Of a stretch of 64,000 nt of DNA, positions 12,242 to 25,140 are shown one piece after another (position 1 is the first letter of the stretch; every line of letters begins with the position of its first letter). A model generated the notes under the pieces. It was given only the letters and a program-made list of their open reading frames with translations. It was not told the origin of the DNA and did no database searches. Source of the stretch: the human T2T-CHM13v2.0 reference genome, Homo sapiens. The translations under genes and the position numbers were made by a program. The stretch is from the NCBI RefSeq assembly GCF_009914755.1, contig NC_060947.1; one strand, given 5' to 3'.

Positions 12242-12905
12242 ACTACAGCATCAGACTTGTAAAAAGTGGCCTTCATATTGCTAGAGTTCAGAAGATGATT
12301 TTTTCCATTTTAAATTTATCAACCTTGAATACATTTTTAACTCATTTCTTAGTTGCAGAAACCAAGGTTCCAAGCAGCAGATTTTTGGAGAGTTAATGTT
12401 TTGTGATAACCCCATGGTCAGCACATGTGATATCTGCCATGTTCTTACTAAAGACTCCTTGGGGTCTGGGTTAGGAGGCACATGTTGAGTGAGAGGATGT
12501 TTTGAGGGCAGATGAACACATCATCTCAGAAAGAGCTAGGGCCTGCTAAGTCTGCATCTCAACATTTATCAGCTCTTGCTCTGTGCTGCCCTCTTGTGAT
12601 GTCTGGGCCTCCAGTATGCCTTGATCTCAAAACCTTCAGTTGCCCTAAATTGATGGACCACCTGCCTTCCAGTGCTTCTTGGCACCAACACCAGGAGATG
12701 GTGAAGGAAAGAAGAGAACACCAAAAGCAGCAGATTTCCTTAGAGGAAGAAGCCAGTGTCAGAAGAGGAAGAAAAAGTCACAAAACTTCGCTTTGGCCCT
12801 TTAACCCTAGGAAAGGGTGGGCCAATTTTCCACAAAGCTGCTGTTATTACAGGTCACACAGCTCACCAAGGAGCAAGGCAGGAGCTGAGATTCTTCATCA
12901 CCTTC

Positions 12906-13487
12906 TGTGGTAGGCAGACTTTCTAAAATGGCAGCCCAAAGATGTCCACCTGAAGCCCTGGAACTTGTGAATGTGACATCACTCCTTGGATTGTGTTGTG
13001 TTACAGAGCACAGTTGATGTTAGAAAGGGAGATGATGCAGGTGGGCCTGACCTAATCACATGAACCCTTAACTGCTGAGAACGTTTCCTGACTGATGAAA
13101 GAGGAATTTAGAGAGATTCTATGTGTGTGAAGGACTCAATGTGCTGTTGCTTTGAGGTTGGAGATGGCCACTTAAGAAGGAATGCAGATGTCCCTTAGAA
13201 AGAGTGGACCACAGCTTATAGCTATCAAGGAGTTCAGTCTTACAGCTGCCAGAGAGTAAATTCTGCCAACAACCAGAGCGAGCTTGGCAGCAAATTCTTC
13301 CCTAGGGCCTCCAGATAAGAGCTTCGTCTGGCCAACAGCTCGATTTCAGTCTTGTGAGACCCTGAGCAGAGAACACAGCTGGGCCACCCAGACTTGCAAC
13401 CTACAGAGCCACGAGCTAATAAATGGGGTGTTGGTTTAATCTGTACATTTGTGCTAATTTGCTATGCAGCAATAGTAAATGAACACA
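12906..13487 (+). mobile_element. MLT1 (MaLR, MLT1E-like) solo LTR
   Basis: TG...CA termini, MLT1-type motifs and AATAAA. Perfect 5-bp TSD CCTTC at 12901-12905 and 13488-13492. Confidence 0.9.
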
Positions 13488-14034
13488 CCTTCCCTTCTCT
13501 ATGACCATCCTGACGGGGGGGATCCTGGCAATGTCTGTCTCCTAGATCACAGATTCTGGTGAGTGACAATCAGTTCAAATACAGTATCCAATCCCGGGTC
13601 TCTGACTGACTTCTTAACCCTTCAAGAATCCACAATAAGTCTTGCCAGACAAGTCCTAGCTCTTGACCTCTGCTCTGACCAACTGTCCCTTAGGAAGATT
13701 TTAATCACCTTCCGCTTAATGATCAATTTCTCAGGGCTCTCCGCTTTCACACCCTCTACCACCTGGCTTATTTAGTGCTTAGCATCTTCTCCAAGTCAAG
13801 CATCCATCTGGTGTATTTCACTCTGGTTGTCTTTTACCTGCTTAGAACTTTTCTTTCTACATCTAGAACGTGTTCATTCTGCCTCTTCAAATCTCCAATG
13901 CCCTTATTTTCCTATAATGGGCTGCTCAAAGATTATGTAAGAAGAAAAGTGAAAGTCTGAATACTCTTCCATGTGTTAATTTTCCTGAATTTTCTATAGG
14001 GGAAACAGAAACAGTGATGATATGCCATGATCAT

Positions 14035-14258
14035 ATGCTATGGTGGAAAGAGAAGGAAAAGGATTAAGCATCAGACATGGTTGAATGTGAAACTTTCCCA
14101 GTATTTTATCACCTCTGCATGTTTTTAAATTTTTCCAGGCCTCATGCTCCTCATTTGTAAAAGAATAATAGTAATACTTAACTCATAGAGCTGCAAGGAG
14201 GAATGAAAATGGTAAAGACCCACATAACAGAAACCAGCACGCACAAACACTTAAATAT
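14035..14258 (+). mobile_element. MIR SINE (degenerate)
   Basis: CCTCATGCTCCTCATTTGTAAAAGAATAATAGTAATACTTAACTCATAG core-like segment. Confidence 0.65.
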
Positions 14259-14706
14259 CACTGTGAGAAGAATTGAGGTGGTTGTTTGTATAAAATACTT
14301 CCAATTTTTCAGAGGCTGTAGCTTTGTAAATAATCTTTTTATCTCTTCTATTATCATAAGAACAAAGCCATTGTCACCCTTCCTTAAGACAGGGTTTAGC
14401 CTTGACAGTTAGAGTATTGTGTAACATGGAAACAATGATTTGACATTAGAATGCTGTATCCATTGCTCTGAGAATAAAGAAAGTGAGTTTTAGGATTAGG
14501 AATAAAGTTCTTCAGTTGCCACATTTGTTAGGATATTTCTGGGTTTTCTGTAAAGTTGAGTAAACCCTAGGCCCCATGAAGGCAGGGCCCATGCTTAATT
14601 CATCCTGAGTATCTACAGGGTTTGGTTGAAAACTGTGTCCTCAGTAAGTACTTACCCACTTATTCATTTATTTATGCATTGAAAAATCAGTTAAAGAGTA
14701 AAATTT

Positions 14707-14834
14707 AGCTGGGCACAGTGGCATGCTTGTAGTCTCAGCATTTTGGGTGGCTGAGGTGGGAAGATCGCTTGAGCCCAGGAGTTCGAGGCCAGCCTGAGCA
14801 ACATAGTGAGACCCCATCTCAACAAAGAAAAAAA
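14707..14834 (+). mobile_element. FLAM_C (free left Alu monomer)
   Basis: Single Alu left arm with an A tail. Perfect TSD AAAGAGTAAAATTT at 14693-14706 and 14835-14848. Confidence 0.9.
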
Positions 14835-15788
14835 AAAGAGTAAAATTTCTGCTGAAAACTGTGGTGAGCTCAACATTTTATTTTTTTGAATTCTCCTTAT
14901 GTTCCTATTGAACATTTATAACTTTAATTTTTCTTCTAATTAATAAATCTTAATACTTCTCTGATAGAACCAAAGGGGATATTTGGATACTTGGGGGTTG
15001 GGGAAGGTGGGACATATGCTCCCCAAAATCTCCAAGTTCTTCAGCTTCTGACTTGTGCTCCAACCTGAAAATAAACCCAGAAAGTGTCATATAAAATGGC
15101 CAACATATTTCCAACTGTTTTCTTCCTTTTGTATTTCCCACTCATTACCCAGGATGCATTTCCAGTGTCCTAGTGGCCCTGTCTTACACCAACTGTTGCT
15201 TCCTGCTTCTGAACATCAGGGACTTTAAATTCCAGATTTAAGAGACTTGCGTGTTGAAAAGCTTTTCTCTTTCTGTAAATTACTTGTCATTAAAATAACA
15301 AAGGATGCACTCATTAGTCAAATTAAAGATCATCTATCTGGAAGTGTGTCAAATGCAGATAAAGTATAAAGAAGCATTGTTGATACTTTTTTTTTTAAAT
15401 GTGGACTTAATGAATAACTTTGCTGTTAAAATTCAGCAGCCAAGCGCAATGAAAAATTCCCATGGCTTTAAAATTCACAGCTTTGGCAGACTTCTTAATG
15501 GACAAAGTTCAAGAGATTCATAGCTTCCCTAACTTAAAATAAAAATCCCCAAACCACACAAGGTAGCATTATTATACTCTGAATACTCTTAAGAAAAGGT
15601 CTTATTAGCTGATGCTTCATAATTATTTGCTAAAAAAGTTGAGTGTTATAATTTAGCCTCTCACTAGCTTAGCCTTTAGACATAATGTAGCATTATTGCT
15701 TTAAGTTTTATACTGGCTTAAGGTAAGTAACGTGCTTCCCAACAACCTGCTGATTAGTAGAGTCCCTTTCTCAGTCATTACCCTAGAG

Positions 15789-16113
15789 CAGGGTTCTGCA
15801 AACTATAGACCACAGGCCGCCTATGTACCAAATCCAGGCCTCTGCCTGTTTTTGTGTGGCCCACAAGCTAAGAATGGTTCTTACATTTTTAAGTGGTTGA
15901 AAAAAAAATTGTTTAAATATTATTTTGTGACTTGTGAAAATTATGTGAAATTCAAATTTCAGTGTCTATAAATAAAGTTTTTTTGGAACACAGTTACCTC
16001 CAATTGCTTTATATAGTCTATGTCGAGCTGAGGGGTTTGGACAGAGACTGCATGGCCACAAAACCCAAAATATTTACTGTCTGGTCCTTTATGAACAAGG
16101 GTGCTGACCCCTG
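15789..16113 (+). mobile_element. MER58B-like hAT-Charlie MITE
   Basis: CAGGG...CCCTG terminal inverted repeats. 8-bp TSD CCCTAGAG/GCCTAGAT. Confidence 0.85.
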
Positions 16114-16404
16114 GCCTAGATTCATGCTCTATAAGAACCGTACAAATAGCTTGACACTTTCTCCCCTAATAGTGTGGGGCTGTCCATAGATCCTGGTAGT
16201 CACATGATCCTGCTCTGACTACTGCCCTTGTCACATATGCACACAGACATATACATACACACACACGTACGTGTGCACACACATTTTTTTTTCCAATTAT
16301 TGGGAATGGGGAAGAAGGAGAATGACTAATAGCCAAGCCTACCCCTGTTCCCTAGGGTTGTGGGAATATTCTGCTTGTTCCCTTTGGCGAAATGGAATTG
16401 GAGT

Positions 16405-16689
16405 TTTTGTTTTTGTTTTTGTTTTTGTTTTTTTTTTTTTGAGACAGAGTCTCGCTCTGTCGCCCAGGCTGGAGTACAGTGGCGCAATCTCGACTCACTG
16501 CAAGCTCCGCCTCCCGGGTTCACGCCCATTCTCCTGCCTCAGCCTCCCGAGTAGCTGGGACTACAAGTGCCCGCCACCATGCCCGGCTAATTTTTTGTAT
16601 TTTTAGTACAGACGGGGTTTCACCATGTTAGCCAGGATGGTCTCGATCTCCTAACCTCGTGATCCACCCGCCTCAGCCTCCCAAAGTGC
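16405..16689 (-). mobile_element. AluY, 5'-truncated
   Basis: AluY diagnostics (GCAAGCTCCGCC, GTTAGCCAGGATG). TSD GGAATTGGAGT at 16394-16404 and 16690-16700. Confidence 0.92.
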
Positions 16690-16827
16690 GGAATTGGAGT
16701 ATTTTAATCTGGGATAAAATCTCTGTAACAATTAAGCAAATAGTTTCTGACTTTTTTTTTTTTTTTTTTACCACCAATGACCACTTTTAAAAAAATTTTT
16801 AAATGCTTGGATGCTATGCTTATCATT

Positions 16828-17142
16828 CTTAAAAACAGCTTTATTGAGATACAATTCACACATTACAAACATCCATTTCAAGTGTATAATTCAGTGGGTT
16901 TTAGTATATTCAGAGTTTTGCAACCATCACCACTACTTAATTCCAGAGCATTTTCATCACTCCCAAAAGAAACCCCATACCCATTAGCACTCACTCCGCA
17001 TTCTCCCCTCCCCTATCCCCCGGCAACCACGAATCTACTTTCTGGATCTATGAATTTGCCTCTTCTGGACATTTAATATAAAAAGATCATACAATATGTG
17101 GCCCTTTGTGACTGGCTTCTCTCATTTGGCATAACATTTTTT
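16828..17142 (-). mobile_element. L1MB-type 3' end
   Basis: CAGCTTTATTGAGATACAATTCACA...CAAAAGAAACCCCATACCCATTAGC is a typical reverse-strand L1MB 3' UTR. Confidence 0.85.
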
Positions 17143-20100
17143 AAAAAACCTTTTCACTTTTAACTTCATAAATCCTCAGGTTTAGAAGTATTTGATAAAA
17201 CAATCATTGAAAAAGTAATTATACAATATCTTCTGGGTTTTTCAAAACGCTGAAAAAAGCCCACAAACTTTTCTTACAGTCCCTAGGGATGCCTATGAGT
17301 CTGGGTAATGCCATGTAAGGCATCATTCTGCCACCACATGCTCATTCTATCATTTACTAAGCAAATATTTACAGAGCACCTGGTATATGCCAAGTGTTTC
17401 TCAAGGTGTGGAACAAGACATGCCTCTCAGTTTCAGATCTAAGCTCTTCGCAACCTTCCTTTTCATTAGACACTGGCTTGTTTTGCCAACCTGTAAACAG
17501 CATATTGCCAACACACTGTGCCTGCCTATATATTTTCCAGACTTTTAGTATTTTATATAAAAATGAAAAATGATATTTCTTAAATTATTAAAAATGATTT
17601 AAGTTGCCTTCAACTTTCCAAGTACCTGGAAAAAGCTCCTGAATCCTCATCCCCTTCTTTTCCTACTTATCTGCCCACATTTTTGTCTTTTCTTCCATCT
17701 TAGAACCGCTTTTCTCTTTGATTAATATCCTAAATCCTTTAGCACATGACAATAAGATATTGCAAATAGCCATGGGGTATCAGACAAGCAAAGAAACAAA
17801 ATTCACACTTTGGTCATTCATGACTTTTTTTCTTAGTATCTAGCTAGATGTCTGTCATCATTGTTATTGCTCACTCACTAGCAAAGGTTCAGAATTTCTA
17901 TTCCAGAGGTAAACTAGGCAAAGTCTCTACAATCCAGGCAGAGAGAGCTTAAAATAGTGGCATTAAGGTCACTGTGTATTAGAAACTGAATGGTATCTCT
18001 TTCCTCTAATCTGGTGAGTCTCTCTTATGAACAGTTCTTTTAAATGTTGGACATTTGTACTTACTAACATGGCTTGATCCTAAAGGATAGAGTCCAAATC
18101 AAGCACATCTGGGCATATTTAACCTGGAAAAAATGCCCCCAGAAGGCCATGTTAGCTTTGTCTTTGAAGAGCTGTCAGAGAACAGAGTAACTGCACGTGT
18201 TCTGTGTTGTAGAGAGGGGGCCAAACAGGGGTAAAAGCTATAGGGAGAGAGAGATACAGATTTCATCTAAGGACAAACTTTGTCACTGCAAATGATGTCT
18301 CTCATTGGAATGAGCCTCCTGAAGATCCCCTGTTGTGCTAGCATTCCTGGGGGCCATTAGAAAGGGGTTGCTGGTGATATGACAGGAATTCAACCAGGAT
18401 AAGGTTTGAGACCAAAGATCTTTAACTCCCAACGATATAGATTCTGTGGCAAGGGTGATGATAAGGAACCCGGCTGGGGAGAATTTTTGGCTTAAAGCAG
18501 CTACAATGGTTCAATCCCAAAGATTGGTGCACTTTGGTAAGTAAAAGAGATGATGTCTTAATGCCAACGGTAACATACTTTTTAAAGCATTTATGCAGCA
18601 ATTTAACAAATGAAAAGGAAAGCATTAGTTAACATTTATAGTTAAATGTTGGAGATTTTTAACCTGTCCAGATATTCAATATTATATTCCTTAAAAAAAA
18701 AATATTTGAGCCAAAGGCTAAAAACAGTCTTTTGAAATATATATATTTCAAAATACATAGACACACATGCATAAATAATTAGTCTTTAAATATAGATTCT
18801 TCAAAAGTATTATATGCCTGAACTTGCTGGATCATTAGACAAGAGCGGCATGAGAAAACCTGAAATTTAAAAACACAGGCAGTATGTACTTTTTACAAGA
18901 AAATAATGAGCCACAGGGAGGAACCTATCTTGACATTAATTATGAAGAATATAATACTTTAAAATCTAGCAGGACTTCACTGCCTTAGACTAGAATTAAT
19001 CAGAAGTTCTCTTCATTTCTTGAAATTATGTTTTCTTGGTTCAAAGTTATAAATCTCAAAGCTGTATAGTTTGAAAAGCTTTTAGAAGGCTTTGTTGTCA
19101 GAAAAAAAAGGGATTGCCTCTGCTATATACATTTTTAAGGCTGACAATTAAATATTTTCTCATATTGAATATGCTATCTTATGTTATAACTTGAAGGGCT
19201 CTGATGAGATTTAGTGCCAGCTAGAGTATCTGAAAATCCCTACAATTTCAGTTATGACATTCCATTACATGGAAGTGCCATTTTATCCCAAATAACCAAG
19301 GTTACATTTTAAAATTTTACTTTCCATTAATTAATTCAGCAATGCACATATGCAACAGATAGGTAAGTTTTGTGCCAGGCATTGAGGAAAATTCAAACCT
19401 TCCACTGTACAAGTTTCAAAGACTTATTCACAGAGTTGTTTAACAGGATTGCCAAAAAATTGAAGTCTATTTTTTTTCTCTACTAACATTTTATGTACTT
19501 GCTAATCTGCCTGTCGGCTCAATCTGCAGCTTTTGAGAATGCTCAGCTGCTGTTATAACCTCAGTGCATCAACTCTAATTTGTAAGAAGATACTGTAACC
19601 TTAAAAGGTCACCTTATATATTCCTTGCACATATTGGAAGAAAGGCAAAGATGAGCATGACTGGGGATTAAAGTGACATTATTAGGTTTATCCTAAGAAT
19701 AACATGGCTTCTTTAAAATATAGTTTGTCAGGCAATTTTGGAAATTAGAGATATGTTATTTGGGGTTCTGGCAACTCTTTGCTATATAACTCTAAAAATT
19801 AATTAACCTCTTGGTCTATAGAGAACATAAGGGCTCTGTAGGAAAGGGAAGTGTGCATGATGTTACTACATCACAGACTTTAAATGAAGTCACCAGGAGA
19901 ATGCATGCAGTTATAATGTTATCACTTCACAGAGACTTTCTGGAGGAACATAAACTATATGAAGAAAATTTGTACCATTTCCTCTAAGAAGGGTGATTTT
20001 AGCCTACACAAGTAATTTGTATTTTCACTTTAGAAGTTAAAATTCCTCTTTGTAATCCTATAAACAAAGGAGGATCATTTTCCTGGTTCTTATGGCTATA

Positions 20101-21258
20101 ATGTTTCTTCCTCCAATGCCTTCTCTCAACATAATCTACTAAACCCTTTGGGCATTTTTAAAATGTGCATTTTCAAAGTATTTTTGAGTATTATTTGCCA
20201 TGCTATGAAACTAATACATTTTTTAAAAAGTATCCTATTATTTTGGGGGTCAGTCTGCATTTCAGTGTATTCTTTCTTCATAAATTTTCTTATTAAACTC
20301 ATATACTTCCAAGAGGCTTTGCTGTATTGAAGTGTTGCTTGAGTTTAGTAGGCTGGGATCATAAATGCATAGAAAAGAATGAGAATACTTCAAGGTGCAC
20401 CTTCCTCTAGAAATAGTGATACCTCCGGTCACTTTATAAATCTCTATTCCTGAGACAGGAATGCCTCATTCTGAATTGGCTTAGCGTTCCCGGGAGATTC
20501 ATATTACAGTACAACTCAATGGCGTATTTTACTGTCAGAGCCATAGATAACAGTGAGTTCATGATAACTACTATCCAAATCTTCCAAATGTAACAACTTA
20601 AAGAATGAAAACTAAAACCGGAATTTAAATTGCACAACTGATACAGGAATATTTTATTTTTACATGCGGTTATAATTTATTCTTTTTTCAGGTAATTTGT
20701 AATTTATATATAAATATAAGATACATATTTTAATTCTAATACAGGTAAGAATATGCAACTTAACAGTATTTCAAAAAATAACTATTTTCACCTTATTTTA
20801 ATTCTAAAGTAGAAATATATTTATATACCAAATGTAATAAATACAAAATATATTATTTATCAAGTAGGGGTAAATTTATAAAGTTAAAAAATACATAACA
20901 TTTTCTATAATTTATATAATAATTATTGTTGCCATGTAGACATAATTTAAATTATAAAACACTATCATATTTTCCTTTGCCTGTTTTGCAATTCTTTAAA
21001 TGTCTTTTAAAACCTATTAGAATTCAAAGATAAACACATTGAATCAGAGGAAGATCCAGGAATTGTGCCAATTTCTCTATAAAATTCTCTATGCATATGG
21101 AGATATACCCTATTTTATGAGGTATTTTATTACCTATTAAATTTTGTATCTGTTAAAATAATCATGATATCTAATATAAGTGATAAAACATCATTAAAAG
21201 TAAAACAAAACCAGGTATGCATGAAGTTTGCTTTTCAATTATGTGTGTTCAATTTGTG

Positions 21259-21573
<315 letters not shown>

Positions 21574-21802
21574 TAAAGCATTGAATATAAGCTCTTTAAG
21601 AAACAAAGGCTGATATCGTTCTCTGTTAACCACTAATCTTCAGCCATAACTTGCAGAAACAGATTTAGAGATTGGTAGTTATCAGAAATGAACAGGTGGG
21701 CACCAAAACCTGATCCCCGCTGGTAAGGAGATTCTTATCAAGTTTCAGCAAACCCAGTGAGGTAACCTGAAGCCTGAGATTCTCCTTCTCTTCTGTCTAC
21801 CC

Positions 21803-22018
21803 CAGTGATTCTCAAAGGGAGGTTTATTTTGCCCCCAGTAGACATTTTGCAATGTGCTGAGACATTTTTGGTTGTCACACTTTGGGGGCATGGGAGTGTT
21901 ACTGGCATCCAGTTGCTTAAGGCCAGGGATACAGCTAAACATCCTACAGTGCACAGGACAGCCCCACAAATAATTATGAAACCCCAAATGTCAATAGTGC
22001 CAAAGTTGAGAAATCCTG
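21803..22018 (+). mobile_element. MER20 hAT-Charlie MITE
   Basis: CAGTGATTCTCAA...TTGAGAAATCCTG termini and a MER20 internal GGCCAGGGAT..GCTAAACATCCTACA motif. Confidence 0.9.
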
Positions 22019-22559
22019 ACCCGGGAGAATCTAGACTGGATGTTGGGGAACATTTGGGATTGACGCCCACAGAGCCAGTGTATGTATGTCTGTGTATATG
22101 TATGTTTGTAGATTTACACACATCTACATGTATATTGACAATGAAGACAGATCATGCCCCTATTTAATTTATGCAAATGCAAAGGCAATGGAATATGTTG
22201 GAAAAGGGGAGAGGAATTTAAATAGTCTTAGCAATTTTTCCTGATACCTAATGTGTCTATTCCTAAAGTGAAGTTAGGTGTTGGGGCGTGCATCTGCCAT
22301 GTCTTGAGCAAGTAACAATTCTCTGAGTGTCTCAGAGTATAAATTGAAGCCCAGTCTAATGTTCGGATATATTTTGCACAACACAGTTTCTTTTTTGCTC
22401 TCAATATTTCAGTTAAGGTTCAACAAAAAAGGCAGCAATCATAGATATTTTTGACAATTCAGTCATGTACCAAGATAGGCCCATATTATGTGTGAGAATT
22501 TTACCTGGGAGGTATTGAACACACCCAAACTGGATTATGAAGTATCTTCTGCACTTTTT

Positions 22560-23203
22560 GAAAACCAATACAAATGAGACACCACTACACACCTACCAGA
22601 ATGGCTAAAATGAAAACAGGGACAACACCAAATGCTGGGGAGGATGCAGAGAAAGCTGGGTCACTGATACATTTCTGGTGGGGATGTAAAATGATTCAGC
22701 CACTCTGCAATACGCTTTGGCAGTTTCTTACAAAACTGAATGTGTACTTGCCATATGACCCAGCAATTGCACTCCTGGGCATTTATCCCAGAGAAATGCA
22801 AACTTACAGTCATACAAAATCCTACACACAAATGCTCATAGCAACTTTGTTTGTAATAGCTCCAAAGTCCTTAAACAAGTTGATGATTAAACTGTCATAT
22901 ATCCACACCAAGGAACATTACTCAGCAATAAAAAGGAAAAAACGACTGATACATGCAACAACTTGGATAAACCTCTAGAAAATTAAGTGAGCGGGAAAAA
23001 ATGTCAATCTCAAACAATTGCATACTGTATGATTACGTTTATATTCTTGAAGTAGCACAATTATAGAGATGGAGAACAGATGATTACTGGTTTCTGGGGG
23101 TTAGGGATGGGGTAAGGGGTGGGTAAAGGGTGCAGACTGCCCAGTACATTTTTTTGCAACTTCCTATGGATCTGTAATTATTTCAAAATACAATTTTTAA
23201 AAT
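22560..23203 (+). mobile_element. Old L1 (L1MC/MD-type) ORF2 end and 3' UTR
   Basis: MRHHYTPTRMAK...LPYDPAIALLGIYP is the L1 ORF2 C-terminus. Confidence 0.85.
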
Positions 23204-23894
23204 TATGTTTCTGTAACAACACAGCCCTGGGAAACAAGATCACCCAAATGGTCTCATTCACAGTGGTAGAGTTGTTTTAAAGACCAGTGTTATATTCTCA
23301 GCCCTCAGCACCATGCCCTCTAAAATGCATTTTTTCCATTTCTACCTTTTGTATTTACTGCTGTGTTTATTTTTTTGTTTTAAAGACAGAAATACATAAA
23401 CATGAGTATAAGTGTAATTTTATTTCTAGGTATAGCTGTAAGTATAAGGTGTGTAACATTGTAAAAGAGTTTAATTGTTGTAAAGAATAAGATAGATGAA
23501 GGAAAAATATGCTTTTTTGGATTATAATATGAAAGGTAGTGATAAGTGATCATGTCCATTTAATACTATTTGGTGTTGTTTTAGCATATTAGGATAATTT
23601 GTCCGAAAAGGGTACATTTTTAGCAACAAATTAGTTTTCTTACATTACAGGGATATTTATACATATACATGCACACGTGCATACACACACACACACACAC
23701 ACACATTTGTCTAAAGAGATGCTTTTGAATCATTACAGCCATTTCAGATATTATTCCACCGTGTGTACATATGTGTATATTTACATGCCTCTGTGTGGGT
23801 GGATGTGTATTCATTCAGAGGGTAAGAGGTAGAAATGTCCATAAAACCCAGCCTTCTCTGAAACCTTAAGTTTGTACCTAAAAAAAGAGAAGTT

Positions 23895-24130
23895 AACCTA
23901 ACATTTTTAAGTGCCTAGTATGTAACCAATACTCTGTTAAGTGCTTTATATATCATTTATATATATAATCCTTCATTTAGTGATTATTCTATAAACCCTG
24001 TGAGTTGTCCACATCATTTCAATTTTACAGGTGAGGAAACTTGGGAAGTTTAAGGAATCAACCCAAGGTCACAGAGTTAAGATGTGGCACGTTAGGGTCT
24101 TTACTCGAGGGTCTCTGATAGTGTGCTTCT
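23895..24130 (-). mobile_element. MIR SINE
   Basis: TTTTACAGGTGAGGAAAC...CCCAAGGTCACAGAG core. Confidence 0.8.
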
Positions 24131-24169
24131 AAGTCTACTGCCGGGAGTGATTCTCTTACTAAATAGTAG

Positions 24170-24543
<374 letters not shown>

Positions 24544-24559
24544 TTCTTTTTGTTTTTCT

Positions 24560-25140
24560 AAACAGAGGATATGAGCAGACATTGCACAAGAAATGCAAAT
24601 AGACCTTCAACACATGCAGAGACACTCAACGTCACTCAGAAGAGAATGCAAAGCTACACAGAGATGCCGCTTTTCAGATATCAGATAGGCAAAGGTGCAC
24701 AAGTTGGACAATGCTCTCTATTGATGAGGCTCTGGGGCAGTGCTCTCACACAGGCTGGTTAGACAATGTTATTTATTTATCAAAATTAGAAACTGCATTT
24801 GCCCTTTGGCCCAGCAATCCCACTTCTGGGGATTTTTAATACAGATACATCCGCCCCATACAAACTGATGAACACAACGTTTTTCAGTGCACATTGCTTT
24901 AATGGCAAAATATTGGACACACTCCACGTGACTAGTAGGGGAAGGGTCAAATCAATTATGGTACATCGTCATAGTGCAATGATATGCAGTTTTGTTTTGT
25001 TTTTAAAGAGGAAGCTCTCTGTGGACTGTTATGGAAAGATCTCTAGGGTATACTCTAAAGCAGAAAAAAGCCAGGGTGAAGAATAATGTATGTGAAAGGC
25101 CACTATTTGTGTAAGAGGAGGGAAATATATTTACATTTGC
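24560..25140 (+). mobile_element. Ancient L1 (L1ME-type) 3' fragment
   Basis: PFGPAIPLLGI remnant and a decayed 3' UTR. Confidence 0.65.

Noticed and set aside
16271-16606. 111-aa ORF, and similar ORFs at 14691, 24159, 37692, 40626, 43775 and 51945
   Set aside because: They are translations of Alu/FLAM/FAM sequence ([19 protein letters not shown] motifs).
21738-22167. Overlapping 120-127 aa ORFs
   Set aside because: They lie over MER20; the second MER20 at 36311-36508 gives a similar pseudo-peptide.
22574-22978. 134-aa ATG ORF
   Set aside because: It is the decayed C-terminus of an old L1 ORF2.
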